Assembly (NCBI GenBank): GCA_003971905.1
Contig: RSEE01000004.1
Coordinates: 310,001-374,000 of the forward strand
DNA length: 64,000 nt
DNA from: Moniliella sp. 'wahieum'
Lineage: Eukaryota
Direction of reading: 5' to 3'
The notes beneath the pieces are model-generated. The model had not been told where the DNA came from, ran no database searches, and saw only the letters and a program-made list of their open reading frames with translations. Made by a program: the position numbers and the translations under genes. This document shows, in pieces, positions 36,005 through 50,505 of the stretch; within the stretch, counting starts at the first letter, position 1, and each line of letters begins with the position of its first letter.

Positions 36005-37988
36005 TCAGATGTGTCTGGAAAAAGTCCTTGACCAGGTACGCCGAACCAAGGTACGTCCGCGGCAGCTTGGGCTGAGTGTAATCGACGCTTTGCAATCCAA
36101 ACCGGGGCTCCTTGCCCACTTCCCACTCAACGTTACAGGTAGCGGACCAGAGCCAAGCACCCGAAATTTTGATCCATCAGTCTGGATGGACTCGAGTATC
36201 TGGTTGAGGTAGCCGTAATAGTACGATTGCCGCCCTGCGTCCATAACCAACTGATGGAACGACGTCTTCTTTGCTTCGTCGCGTTCGGCCCAGCCAAATT
36301 CAGAAATGACAATCCCATTAGGGGTAGGCCAGCGCTTACTAAGGTACTGCAAGTGGGACCGCAGTGCGCCCGGGTGGAGGAGAGCCAGGATCCAACCGTG
36401 TCGTCCGGGTACTCCTCTGCGATGGGCCAACCATCGGACAGTGTGTAGTTGCCCCGGTTGCACTCAGGCCAACTCGGATATCCACATTGCCAAAGCAACT
36501 GTCCGCTTTGGATTTGGGCATGGAGCGGATAATGGAGCTAGAATAATAGTCCGTACCATAAAAGTCCCGAGTTTTCGAGCCGCTGCTTGTCTTGGTCCGT
36601 CAAGGCTGGCAACCAGGCCGATGGAACCTCCTTCTTGACTATATCCGGATAGTCGTGCGAAGCAGAGTGGATGGGATCGCTGAACAGTCCCAAGCCAAAG
36701 TCCAAATCCCGCTCCACGGCATCGACATCGCGTTGGTTGTTCTGGTCCCAGGGAAGTTGAGGCTGCCACTGTTCTTGAAGGACAGCAAGGCCGACTTGGA
36801 GACCGTCCCGGTTTTTTGGTATTTGCGGAATAATTCGTTCATCCGTCCGTGGGCTTTGATCGTCGTGGCCGAACACGTCCACCGCGTGGATTGGGGGGCT
36901 GAACCGTACCCATAGATGCCGGTAAGCACAAGGAGGTAGCGAATGCCGCAATGACTTGTGGCTCATTGTGAGAGACCCAATGCTAAAAAGAGGTGATGTG
37001 AAATGTCAGATGTAGTCAATAAGGCAGAACGGGAGATGCAGGTGGGGGTGGGGCATGGAGGAACAGAATCAAAAACATACTTTGACCCCCATTGGACCCA
37101 ATGCTTTGAGCATCACATCTGCGTACTCGGCGAATGCATCAGCATACGTAGGTTCTGCATCCATTTTCTGCAATCTGTAGGTAGAGTGGAAGGTCCCAAT
37201 GCTGGAGCGTGACGGCAGCTTCCATCCCGTTGTTGTGGATTTCAGTCACCAGGTCCTTGTAGAACTGCAGCCCCTGTTGCGACACGTATCCGCGGCCCAG
37301 CGGCATGACACGAGACCAGAGACTGTAAACGAGTACAGCTTGGCACCCATTGTGGCAACCCGTTTAATGTCAAGTGGATACATGTACCGGAAATTGGTCG
37401 CCACATCAAACGTGTCGTTATCGCGCATGCCATTGGTGCGGTGCGCGTACCAGTCCCAGACTGAGGGTCCACGCCCATCAGCTTTCACCGCACCTTCGAC
37501 CTGGCACTGGCAGATGCATATCCCCACAAGAAGCCGGATGGCAGGGTGACATTGTCCTGCGTTGTACGACGAAAATCAACCTGGTATGGACGAGCACTGA
37601 TGTCGGTCGAGAGCATTCTGTACTCGTTTTTGGTGAAGTTGCGGTACTCGTACTCAATCGCGGCATGCTCGACTGGCTTGTACTTCTCCACTTGTGACCA
37701 GAGGTATTTGACACGCCCTTTGACTGCGGCCTCGTTGTTGTAATCGATGGGTTCAGCGCCAGAAGGGACCGTTCCACCAGCTTGGACGTTGGGATTGCTA
37801 TTGGAGCTGCTGGTGGTGGTTTTGGCTGCATGCTGTGGGACAGCGTTGGGATGACGGGGACTTCTACGGCCCAAGACGCCCATGTGCCCCAAAGGGGACG
37901 CCGACGATGCAGAGGCACCTGTGGTTCCGTGCAAAACAGTGATGGCGGCTGTCATGCCAGCGGCCATGGCAGCAAGAGAGAGGCGCAT
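36005..37988 (-). CDS. Secreted glycoside hydrolase family 1 (beta-glucosidase-like)
   Basis: Signal-like N-terminus MRLSLAAMAAGMTAAITVLHG. GH1 motifs LPSGFLWGYASA, QVEGAVKADGRGPSVWDW, acid/base WVSHNEP (~36960-36980) and nucleophile IVISEFGW. Intron near 36983-37080; multiple frameshifts. Confidence 0.85.
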
Positions 37989-38762
37989 GATGGGGAAGGA
38001 GCGGCGGTGGCCCGGGCTGCGTGTGCGATGGAGGAGATGAGAGGATTGGGCTGCCTGGATGTGCACAGGGCAATCCGTCGGCCCGTGGCCTATTGTTGTA
38101 CGTTGAATGCCCACCGCCGTGTGGGGCCCTGGGCTAGGCTCGGCCGGCCCCCCACGCCGCGCCACACACACTGTCCCTATGCTTGCTTGGCGTGTGTCTC
38201 CACCCACGCAGCAGGGCAGTGTGGATGTCTCGGCACAAGCGCGTCCGCTGGCCTGGTACCTGGGCGATCGTAGAGGTCGCCCGCTCGGTCATCGATCATC
38301 GAGATCATCCTGCATGCATACTCCTAGGTCATGGATTAGCGCTCAGCGCCAGCGCCCAGCGGAGGCAAGCAGAGCCCAGAGCTGCCAGCGCGCCGAGCCA
38401 CCTGTCAGGATTGCAGTCCATACGGCCCGCTTTGAGCCCCATGGCGTAGCTCCAGAAGAGCCAGCTGATTGTAGCCGCCTTTCTTCGGGGCTTGGGCTGA
38501 GCTTCGAGCGTTTGCGAACACATGTATCTCCAGAGGAGCCATATATCCTCTTTCCGTGCTGTTTAGCTGTCCACCTACAGCACTCCTGTCTTTCAGTGGG
38601 CAGGCAATCCTGGTCGTCTTTTGGTGCGAGGTTACGTTACAATCAGGTATCCCCCTGGCCAACCCCTATTAGGAAACAGTTGGCACAAGCCGACCAGACA
38701 CTGGATCAACAGCTTTATCTAAAAGGAGCATATTCAATTCGGTGCCGTAGAGGCAGATATAT

Positions 38763-41700
38763 CTACTTCGGCACCTTGGATTCGAAGTACGCGTACGCCG
38801 CTTTCAGTGCCTCCTCAAGCTTGGGCTGGTCACCCACACCCTGCGCCGCATCGTTCTTTCCACCGCCACGACCACCAACGACCGACGTCACTGCAGCCAG
38901 CCAGTCCTTGGCGTTGACCCCATGCTCGCGATCCTGCTCCGACACGTAGTTGGCATGGACCACCTTCGTCTTGCCTGCGATGGTTTCCTGGGAGAAGAGG
39001 TAGACCGATTTGCCCAACTTGCGCGCATTGCCAATCCCCCCCGTCAGGGCCTTCGCATTGGAGCCAACATCAAACGCCTTGATTAGGACAGGCGCATTGG
39101 GTTGCTCTTTCTGGAAAAAGTTGGTAACCCCATCGGCAACAGTCTTCAGCCCAGCCTTTTCCTTGGCCTTCGTTTCGGCATCGAGCGCTTTGCGAATCGT
39201 GCTGAATCGCGCCTGGATTGCCGCCTTCTCTCGTACACCGATTTCGAGTTGATCGAGCTCGTTTGCAAATGCCTTGAGCTCCACATCCTTGGCCGCCTTG
39301 TCTGCCACGCCATCGATCCGAGTCAACTTGTCCTCAGCCTCCTTGCCCGACGGACAACTTCCTTGGCCTCATTGCCTGTTACAGCAACAATACGACGAGT
39401 GCCCTTGGCAATCCCACTCTCTTCGATGATCACCAGGTCCTTAATGTCGCCCGTCGACTTGACGTGCGTGCCGCCGCAAAATTCGATCGAGGTGCTGCGC
39501 CACTTGGGGTTGGTCAGGTCCTTCTCAATATCCTCAATTGGGAATTCGAGTGCCACAACGCGGACCGGGTCGGGGTAGGCCTCGCCAAAGACCGCACGAA
39601 GCCCCGTAATCTTGCTTGCCTGTTCAAGCGACAAGTCCTTAGCGTACACCTTGACATCCTTCTTGATCCAGTCCTTGCTCAAGTCCTCGATCTTGGCCAG
39701 GTCAGCCACAGGGATCTGGGTTTTGTGGCTAAAGTCGAACCGCAACTTGGTCGGGGCAACAAGCGAACCTTTTTGGTCACATGGTCGCCCAGCACCTCAC
39801 GAAGAGAATAGTTGAGAATGTGGGTGCCGGTGTGGTTGTTGCGCAGGGGCCATCGGCGCAGTTCGTCGTACGTGGCCGTCGCCTTGTCCCCAACCTTGAA
39901 TACACCGGGCTCGACGCCCTTCTCAAATTGACCCGAGTGGAGTACATAGCCACCGTAAATTTGCACGTCCTCCACCAAAAGTCGGTTTCAGTCTGGTCGA
40001 CAGCGATGAGACCAGTGTCGGCCTGTTGACCGCCCTGCTCGGCATACATGTTGGTCTTGTCGAGAACAAGACCGAGAGGCTTGGTCAAATCTGCCTCGTT
40101 CGTCGACTGGAAAAACTTCCCACCCTGGAAGATAGCGACGATGGACGCCTCAATACTCTCTTCAGTGAACTTGTACTTGTCGTCCGTCTTGGGAACCGCC
40201 TCGTTGTGGTCAAGCGCCGCAATGTCGTGCACGTCCAGCTTGGGCATCTCGTCGGAAACGGCCTTGGGACCACCCTTGGACGCCTCCTTGGATGCGGCCT
40301 GTGCCTCATCGAATTCCTTCTGGTTTACGCCAAGACCCTGCTCCTCGGCCATGAGCAACGTAAGGTCAACGGGAAAGCCATATGTATCGTACAAACGCCA
40401 AACATCCTTGCCGTTCAACTCCTTCCACCCAAGCTTCTTGGCCTTGGCCGCGTACTGTTCAAACAGCCGCTCCCCACGGTCCAGAGTACGGGCGAAAGAT
40501 TGCTCCTCCTCGTCGAGGATTTCCTGTACATCCTTGACGTGACTGGGGATTTCGGGGAAGAAGGGCCCCATCTGCTCCGCCACGGTCGGTACCAGCTGGC
40601 TGAAGAAGTGGCCGATGGGGACGTTGAAGTATTTGCGTGCGTAGCGCGTACCACGGCGCAAAATCCGACGCAGAACGTACCCACGGCCATCCTTATCCGG
40701 CACACCACCATCCGAGATGGCAATGGTGAGCGTACGCACATGATCCGCAATCACACGGTACGCCGTGTCGATCCCGTCTTTGTCGTCGGCACCGAGTAGG
40801 CCAGCGTACGGCCGGGCATTCGTCAGCTCCTGGATCTTAGCGAACAGGGGTGAAAAGACGTCCGTGTCGTAGTTCGACCGACGGTCTTGCAGCACCGACA
40901 CAAGTCGCTCGTACCCCATACCCGTGTCAATGTGCTTGGCCGGCAACGGACGGAGACTGCCATCGGCCTCGCGGTTGAACTGGATAAAGACATTGTTCCA
41001 GATCTCGAGCACGTCGGGATCGTCCATGTTGACCAAATGAGCCGCGTTGCGGCCCCCGATGCGGTCATAGTGGATCTCCGAGCACGGTCCACACGGACCT
41101 GTGGCTCCCATTTCCCAAAAGTTGTCCTTGGCATCACCAGTAAGGATGTGGTCGTCAGCAACGCCCACAGAGCGCCAAATGTCACGGGCCTCTGTGTCGG
41201 CCTCGAGTCCTTGTTTGGCATCGCCCTCAAAGTAGGTCACGTAGAGACGATCTTTGGGAAGACCGTAGACCTCAGTCAAGAGCTTCCAGGCGAGCGCGAT
41301 GGCCTCAGACTGGGGGTGTGGAAGAGACGGGGTGTTAGCGGCAACAAAGAGAAAGAAAGAAAAAACAGGCCAATCATACCTTGAAGTAGTCGCCAAATGA
41401 CCAGTTACCAAGCATCTCAAAGAATGTATGGTGATACGAGTCTTTGCCGACATCGTCCAGATCGTTGTGCTTGCCACCGGCACGGATGCACTTTTGCGAA
41501 TTGGCAGCGCGCTTGAGAGCGGCCAGATGAGAAGAAGCTTCGACGGTGCCAAGGAAAATACTCTTGTACTGGTTCATACCAGCGTTGGCAAAGAGCAGGG
41601 TCGGATCATCATAAGGGATGGTGCTGCTCGAGGGCACAAACGTGTGCTCGTGCTCCTTGGTGAAGAAGTCGATGAACGTCTGGCGGACCTTTGCGGCGGG

Positions 41701-41856
41701 CCAGTCGCCAAACTTACTCTGCGTCGACACAGAGATGGGCGTCGGCGCGTGCGTAGACGTGGACGTCATGGCGGAAGGGCAGATGCGGGTGGTGGAGGGG
41801 GCGACGGAAGGGAGACGAGCTCGGGCTGCCAGTCGTCGAGGGAGGCAAGCAAGCAT
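38763..41856 (-). CDS. ALA1: Alanyl-tRNA synthetase (probably dual cytosolic/mitochondrial)
   Basis: [72 protein letters not shown], editing-domain HTGTH and EFCGGTH, and C-terminal GGRGGGK. Intron 41310-41379. Confidence 0.97.
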
Positions 41857-42106
41857 GCCCGAGTCCCGTTTTAGCTCAGAAGCAGCCGCCTTGGTGCTTC
41901 GAGTCAGAACAGGTCGGAACCGGAACCCCCGCCACCCCCTTCCGCCCGTGGGCGGAATTCGAAAAATGATAACCGCAACTGGTAACGCTAACGGGTAACG
42001 CGTAGCGGGTAGCCCCCACGACAGGCCTGGCTTTTGTTTCGGTTCCGGGGCCTGCTGGTCGTTGCGTTTGCCTGCCACCGCTCATTCCCTTTGCTTTGTC
42101 AGTGAC

Positions 42107-42471
42107 ATGGTATGCGCTATCACTGCTTTGGCTCTCGGTCCTCCTCCCTAACTCTCTTCTGACGATGCCCACTCCCCCCTCTAGATTATTCCTGTGCGCT
42201 GCTTCTCTTGCGGGAAGGTCGTGGGCGACAAGTGGGACCTGTTCATGGGCATGATCAACGTCGACATTGAGGAGGGCCAAGCCCTGACCGAGCTCGGTCT
42301 CAAACGCTACTGTTGTCGCCGTATGGTTCTGACTCACGTCGATTTGATCGAGAAGCTACTGCACTACAACAGTACGTCCGTTTTTGCTTGCCATCGCAAG
42401 CACCTTCAGCCTTATCCTGCTACTACTAATAGTCTATGCCCCCAGTCCACGACCGGTCCCAGGACGAGTAA
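42107..42471 (+). CDS. RPB10: RNA polymerases I/II/III shared subunit RPABC5
   Basis: Exon 1 is only ATG (42107-42109), then intron 42110-42184. Exon 2 is [43 protein letters not shown]. After intron 42372-42445 the protein ends IHDRSQDE*. Confidence 0.95.
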
Positions 42472-43305
42472 TCAGTCCGCTGGTCCTCACCAAAACGTGT
42501 ACCATATCCTTATTGTACCCTCCCCCAAAATGCACGTGGCTTACTTAGTGTTCAACATGGTGCCAAGTGCACCGCATGCTGTGCGTGCACGCGTGATTAT
42601 ACGATAGCCGTACAGACGCGCTTCTGAAGTCATGGGAAGGCAACATCTCCCTTATGTCAAGGCAAATTTTTCCTTCCCGCAATGGGAAGATCGAAAAGTC
42701 GAGGGAGAGGTATAATCTCCCAGGCCGGAGGGAGAAACAAGGGCATGGAGACAGCAACTTCCCTACCCCACGCGGCAATAGCGGTCACTACATCCGATTT
42801 TTCACATGAGAGCCTGAGATATGGCAGCAGCACGAACCCGGAGAGGTGGTGCTAGGTGCAATGCCTTGGTCGCCTCCTGACCCACCCATATCGGAAGAGG
42901 CGTGAAAAAACAATTGTACTAAGCTGGCTGTGGGCTGGACGAGCTTGACTGCGACCCCCACGAGCTAGTCCCTGAGAGTAAGGATGAGAAGGATCAACTG
43001 CATTGTGGTGGTGGTGGGCTGGAAAAGCCCAATGACTCTGTGATCCCATCCCCCCCCCTTCCTCCCTTTAAAGCCCTTGTCCAGTTGAGCGCAACCGCTT
43101 ATCGATGTCACACATAGGCGCATAGGCCCTCTCCATTTCAATATTCATCCAATCCACTTTTCTGCGCGAAGCCTAGCAGGGCGCTGCATGCCGGGACAGT
43201 GGCCCTGTGCTGTTGTTGGGCGGAATGGAGCGGAATAAGAGAGGGGTGGGGTTAGTAATTGTTAGACAGCCCTTGAGGCTGCCATGCTGGGAGCGGACGC
43301 AGGCA

Positions 43306-43639
43306 ATGGGCTCGGGACCTACAGCTCTGGGACACGGCCAGCGCACCACCAGCTTTGACGATGCCCAGCCCGTCGTCCCCGCGCTGGCCAAGTTGGCCAT
43401 TCGCTCCAACGGAAACGCCCTCAACGTGCCCCGTGTGAACCCCTGGATCTTGCGTACGAAGGCGATCGGCGTGTCCGCTGTGTTTGCCAGCTTCGCGGGC
43501 GCTGTCGTCTACAAGATCGCAACCCGCCGTATGTCGGTTTCTGCACATCTACCTACCCCTCTGGATCTACTGACCAAGCATGTATCTTTACAGCAAGAAG
43601 GAGGAGCCTTGGGTCCGGGTGAGGTCCTACGGCTTTTAG
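43306..43639 (+). CDS. Small hypothetical single-pass membrane protein
   Basis: ORF with hydrophobic AIGVSAVFASFAGAVVYKIA followed by a canonical intron 43529-43593 (GTATGT..CTGAC..CAG). Start and last-exon frame are uncertain. Confidence 0.4.
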
Positions 43640-43996
43640 GCGGGACACCAGATGCAGCCAGCTTCCTAGCATGGCCGCGCTCCACTGTCAAATCAAAGAC
43701 TGCTGGGGGAGGAGCCGCCAAGGCTTGTCTTCTGCAAGGCAATGACAGTAGTGAATGTTGTTCTATGCATCGCACATCTCCATATCTCTAGACCACGAGG
43801 CGTAATAGACACGTTGAGGCAGCCTTTCGTCCTTTCGATGGACGTGAGCATGGGGGGTACGGATAGGTCATGTGACTTGGTGTCAATTTGAACGGAATTG
43901 GGCATGCGAAGCAGACGTCCGAAGTGCAAACCACCAACTTCGCTTCTCACGCTTCCCCTCTCAAGTGTCCCTTGTCTCTGCGCCCAAAACATACCA

Positions 43997-44569
43997 ATGA
44001 AGGGGCCTGCTCCGCCTACACGGTCGGCCGGCACGCCGTCGACCAAGAATGCCCCACCCATGAAGAGTCGCCCTGCCTTGCGCAGCAACTATAAACCCCC
44101 TCCCCCCCGCCCGCCTCCCTGGCTCTATTACGCAAAGATCTTCGCTGTCTCGACCGCCATCACCACTGTCGCTGCAGGGCTGATCTTTACGGCAAACGAG
44201 CGCAAGGTAAGCCTGCTCCATGGGGTAATATTCTGTGGCTAACGTCTCTTTCCAGTTGCAAGAAATGTCCCAGCAACAAGAGGAACTGCTACAGCCGATT
44301 GCCCCGGAACCCGCTGCTACGCGCACGACAGCCCATGCCCCCGACATCCTCTCGTCTGCTATGGCCAAAGACGAACCGCCGCGCAAAGTTGGTTTGGCTG
44401 GGGGCGCACCCCCTCTGCTCCCGGGCCTGCCCAAAAGAGTTCCGAAACCACGCCTGAGATACCGACAACCGCCGCGCTTTCAGCGCCTGACGTGACTGGG
44501 GTGCCTACCGAACGAGATGCCGAACCTAATCGATCCAGTCGGTGGAGTTGGCTGCCATGGAAAAAGTGA
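43997..44569 (+). CDS. Small hypothetical single-pass membrane protein
   Basis: Basic/Pro-rich N-terminus and TM-like WLYYAKIFAVSTAITTVAAGLIFTA. Canonical intron 44207-44255 (GTAAGC..CTAAC..CAG) joins in frame to LQEMSQQQEELL. 3' end uncertain (44495 or 44569). Confidence 0.45.
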
Positions 44570-44798
44570 GGCCTACTTCTAGCAAGAACGCCATGGCTTT
44601 GTCTCTGCAACGTGCTTATTCGCTTGGGTGTCTTGTACACCCTTTCACTCATACAGGTGTATTGATTGAGAAGCACTTTTGGGGAGAACTAACCAAAACC
44701 AGATGCAAGAGAAAAGGCTAGTGGGATAATTAGGAATAAGGTGTGTGGATGTGACATAGGACGTGCTTGAGCCTGCATGTCCTAAGCGAACAAATAGA

Positions 44799-46041
<1,243 letters not shown>

Positions 46042-46125
46042 CTACTACTATAGAGTGAGAGCGTGCTCGTGACACACAGAGTTACAACCACAAGAACGCA
46101 TGTATGCAAAGTGCGGGGAACCACA

Positions 46126-47747
46126 TTACTCGATGTCGTGTTGCTGGATCACATCATCAATCTTGAGCACAGCGCGGACGAGCTGGGTGGCCAGCAGCAG
46201 CTGCCGCTTAGACACCAGCGGGTCCCATACATACGCTTTCTTCATGTCGCCCGCCCCATCCGCCGAGGTGCCCATGCAGTCGATCCCCAATCGCGGGTTG
46301 GACTCGAGCGCTTGCCTGCTCTTCGCCGCCGCCAGGCTCTCGATTGGGCTCAAGCCACTGTTGGCCGCCAGAGCGAGAGGGGTGGCATCCAGCGCCTGGC
46401 TGAAGGCACGGATGGCATACTGTTCCACAGATGGCTCCTTATCCGCCACAGCGCTCACTGCAAGGCCAGCGAAATCTCGGCCGCACCACCGCCATAGACG
46501 ACGCGGTTGTCTCGCACCAACGAACGGACGACACTCATGGCATCGTGCAGGAGCGACGGGCCTTCGACAATCATCTTGTTGCTCCCGCGGACACAAAACA
46601 GTCACCGCACGCGCATTGGCGCACTCCTCAACCACAAGCATCTTGTCCCGCGTCGTGCCAAAGCCCACCTGGCGCACCACGCCAGCCCGTCCTAACTTGG
46701 CGGGAGCTAGGTCCTCGAATCGAGGAACAATCCGACCCCCGTCGCGATCGCAACAAGCTCCATCTCAGGTCCACCAACCCATCGGACGGCGGGGAGATTG
46801 TGTTGGAGCAGCAGGTGGTTCGCTTCGTCATCAAAGCCCCACTGGCACACGACCAGGTTGGCTCCCGCATCTTTGACTTGCTGGATCATCTTTTCGAACG
46901 TCTCCCGTTCGTACGTCTCAAGCTTACGGTACTCTTCAACGGTCGTGATGTCGAGCTTGTGCTTCGTCTTGGGCGGGGTGGCTCGAAGGGGCACGTGAGG
47001 ATCGCAATGCGGGCATCATGAACTGCCCGGGGCATTTGCGGGTGGCTAAAGTCCTTGTCGAGTACCACGCCATGCACCAATGTGGTGTCATCGAGGGAGC
47101 CTCCGACCTTGCCGTCGACCTTGATCAGCTCGAAGTCCACATCCCGCCGCTCCAAGTCAGCAACAGAGAGAACTGCATCAACAGCAATCTGAGCAAACTT
47201 GTCGCTTGACTTGTTTACAATCTTGGATCCCAGCGACGTCTTGGCTACCTTGAGCAGCTCGCTCGTGTTCTCACGGCTAAAGGGGATCGTGTCGGCAACT
47301 TTCTCCAGCTCAGCGACCGCGATCTCGCAGGCACGGTCGTAGCCATCTGCAATGCGGATGGGGTGGATGCCTTGTCAATCAAGGCCTCCGCCTGCTCGAG
47401 AAGAGCCCCGAAGACGACGACGCCCGTCGTACCATCGCCGATTTCGTCGTCTTGGGCCTTGGAAAGCTCAACAAGTAGCTTGGCCACCGGATGCTCGAGC
47501 TCCATGTTGTTCATGATCGTGGCGCCATCGTTGGTGACTTGAATGTCGCCATCGGGGCCGATGAGAATCTTGTCCAAGCCACGCGGGCCGAGGGAGGTCT
47601 TGACAATGTTGGCAACCGTCTTGGCAGCGGCGATGTGAGCCTTAATCGCCTCAACACCATGGGCACGTGTCTTCTTGCCTTGCTCACGCACGACAATAAA
47701 CGGACGCCCGTATTCGTCCTGGCGTATGCCACCTGCGGCTCAGCCAT
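46126..47747 (-). CDS. CCT5: Chaperonin CCT/TRiC subunit epsilon
   Basis: [58 protein letters not shown] and [26 protein letters not shown], the last being characteristic of the epsilon subunit. Confidence 0.95.
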
Positions 47748-48426
47748 GATTGACGTGGTGGTGGCGAAGAGGGGGGCAGTGGTGGGAGAAGGAGGAGAAA
47801 AGACGAATTGGACACGACGGCTGCCGCGCTACCAGTGGTGCACCGCAGGCTCGCGCCCTGCTGGTGGGCGGAACGCTTCGGCTTGCTTCTTCCCGCCCGC
47901 ATTAGCATAGCATGCCCCCACTGCCCCAGCGCCCGGCACCCGTGGGAGCACAAGACAGTGTACGCGCGTCTTCAATGTTCAATTCCCAGCCACAGGACAT
48001 TTGGCGCAGGCCGCTTCTGCCTTCAGACAGAGGCTGGGCCACCCCAGGCAAGCCCCCGCCGCTTCCTTTCCCCAACACCCAGTCCATCCAAGCATCTCAC
48101 GTTTTGCGCTTCTCCCACAAGCTGTACGAACGCCAAGTGGGACGTTGGAAAGGGCATCGAGCATGGCGGCGCTCACAACTATCGCCTAACAATTGTCTGT
48201 CAATAACGCATACGAAAAAGAGAGACGAACACAACTCCTCGCAACAAGAAAGTCCCACATGCATGCAATGCGACAGGCGATGGCCCACATGTAGGAAGGT
48301 ACGAGGCGGGATTTATGGTGGACAAGGATGACAATAACACCAGTTGGAGCACAGATGTTGTTGGCGATTCGATGCCCCGGTAGCAAGGGCAGGGAGACCG
48401 AAGGGTGGCGCTGATCGTGTTCACAT

Positions 48427-49361
48427 TTACTTGTAAACCTTGCCAAACAGCACTTCCTGGAGCTTGTCGTAGCCCGAAAGCACACCAGCGCCGGCCACAC
48501 CACGAAGAATGTTGGCACCAGCACCCTTGAAGAGCGACTTGACGCCCTCCTTGGCGACAATCTGGCGGCCGGCGTCGAACATGCCGGTTGTAGGGTCTTG
48601 CCGCCCGAGGTCATCATCATGCGACGGCGGGATCGTGTCCAGAGGGTACGACGCAATGCCGGCACCGGTGGTCACAACCCAGCCGAGAAGGAAGGAGGCA
48701 AGGAACGAACCCTCAAGAGGGCAGTGATAATAACAGGCTTGACCGAGTCGTACACACCGAAGTAGAGACCACGGTAGACCACAATACCGACAACCGAGGG
48801 GATAAAGCCACGGTACAGACCAGCGATGCCGTCGAAGCAATCGTCTTGCGGTAGACGTCAATGAGGCCGTTGAACTGGCGCTCACCACCTTGCCGGCCGA
48901 CTTGGCGTCGTTGGCAAGAGGGTACGGGCGTAGTCGAGGGAGTAGACAAAGAGAAGCGACGAGGCACCGGCGCGGCACACCCGAGGCAATGTTGCGCTGA
49001 GCTTCTTGACGTAGGGAGCATCCTTGGGCACCTTGAACAGAGCCTTGAAGTAGTCCTTGAAGGCAAAGTTAAGAGCCGGGGTGGGGAAGTAACGGATAAC
49101 GTTGGCCGTGTTGCCGCGCCAGAAGGAGACAAGGCCCTCCGACTTGTAGGTGCGGGTAAAGGTGTCGCCGAGACCGCTGTAGGGGCGGTCGAGACGGCCC
49201 TGCTTGATCATCTCATCCTGGTTCTGGATGAGGAGCTTGACACGCTCAATGGGGGCAGCCGCCGTCTTGGAGACAGCGGCCGAGATGCCACCCATCATGA
49301 AGTCGGTGAAGAACGACGACGCCGTCTTGGGCTTCTGCGCAGGGTCGACAACGGCACCCAT
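48427..49361 (-). CDS. AAC: Mitochondrial ADP/ATP carrier
   Basis: [47 protein letters not shown], the RRRMMM signature (across a frameshift) and [20 protein letters not shown]. Confidence 0.97.
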
Positions 49362-50009
49362 GGTGGAAATGGAGAGGTGGTGGTGAGAAAAAGATGCCGG
49401 CAGCGCCGCAGTTCAGCTGGTAGATAGCAAGAATCCAGGCGATACACGGGCGCTGTGCCGGGCAAGGGGGCTGGGTGGGTGGGTGGCACGGGGGCAGTAT
49501 GTTTAGGAGCTGGCGGTGCTGGCTGGCGCCGTGCCGGCAGGCTGTCTGCTGTTGCTGCTGTGCTGTCCAAAGGTTTTGAAATCGGCTTCGCCTTTGGAAT
49601 CGAAGATCCAACCAGGCCCGGCAGTGGCCCGGCCGGTCCAGCTGGTCCGGCTGGTCCGGCCTAGCTTTCGCCGGCTATGACGCGTGACGCGTGACGCGTG
49701 ACGCGATGACGTTTGCATATAGGTAAGCGGAGCTATGCACGACCATCTATGTGGCGCTGGAGCCCGCAAGCACACGAGAAGGAGGGACTGCTGTGCGATT
49801 CGCTGCTCCCAAAACAATCCATGGCGGTTTCCCTGAGGATCTTTCTGCTCGGCCGTGTTCCATTCCTCGGGCAACAACCGCCATGCAGTCGGAGAAAGCC
49901 TATGGTGGCGGTTGCACGCATTCATCTTCCATCACAGGGATCATTGTGGGAGCCAGGAGTAGAGAGGCACTCCATATAGTAGAGGGGAAAAAGATACACA
50001 TAAACTAAG

Positions 50010-50505
50010 ACGACCACACGCTGCGCGACACGCGATCACTGGCAGCGCAGAGCGCGTTCCGGAGGGTGATGCATGCGAGCACCGCAACCCCCTTGGAGCG
50101 CCGGGAGAAGGAGCTGCTTCGGATGCTTGAACAAGCAGAATGCGACAAGAACGCCAAGTACCAGGGACGCACTCAAGAAACGTTTTTCCCCCTGGTTTTG
50201 ACGACACGAGGATACTACGGCACCAAGACGGCGAGCAAGTTGTTTGCGCATTGGAAGGAGTTGGCTTCTAAGTCTCAGTGGAAATGGTTTCTCGCTCGGA
50301 TGTCAACCACGTTCCTCCGTGTCCACACGCGCTTCCTAGGGTACGGGACCGGATGGCGTGAGCCGGGGGTCCTGATATCCTGGCGATCCCCCTGGTTCCT
50401 TGACCCTGGTGGCGCCCCTAAGTAACCCCGCAAAATGAACGGTTAGGTTAGACGTAGCGTTCCCCCTGTCCCAGCCTTCTTAAGTCTGCCAATGAAATGG
50501 ACGAT
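50010..50505 (+). mobile_element. 5'-truncated non-LTR retrotransposon fragment, restriction-like endonuclease C-terminus (CRE clade; Cnl1/MoTeR-like)
   Basis: Open frame 50009-50425 reads SLAAQSA..LEQAECDKNAKYQGRTQETFFPLVLTTRGYYGTKTASKLFAHW..FLARMSTTFLRVHTR. This matches the AExxKxxKY / FxPLVxxxxG / LSxxLLRAR pattern of the RLE tail. AACTAAG direct repeat at 50003-50009 and 50506-50512. Confidence 0.65.
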
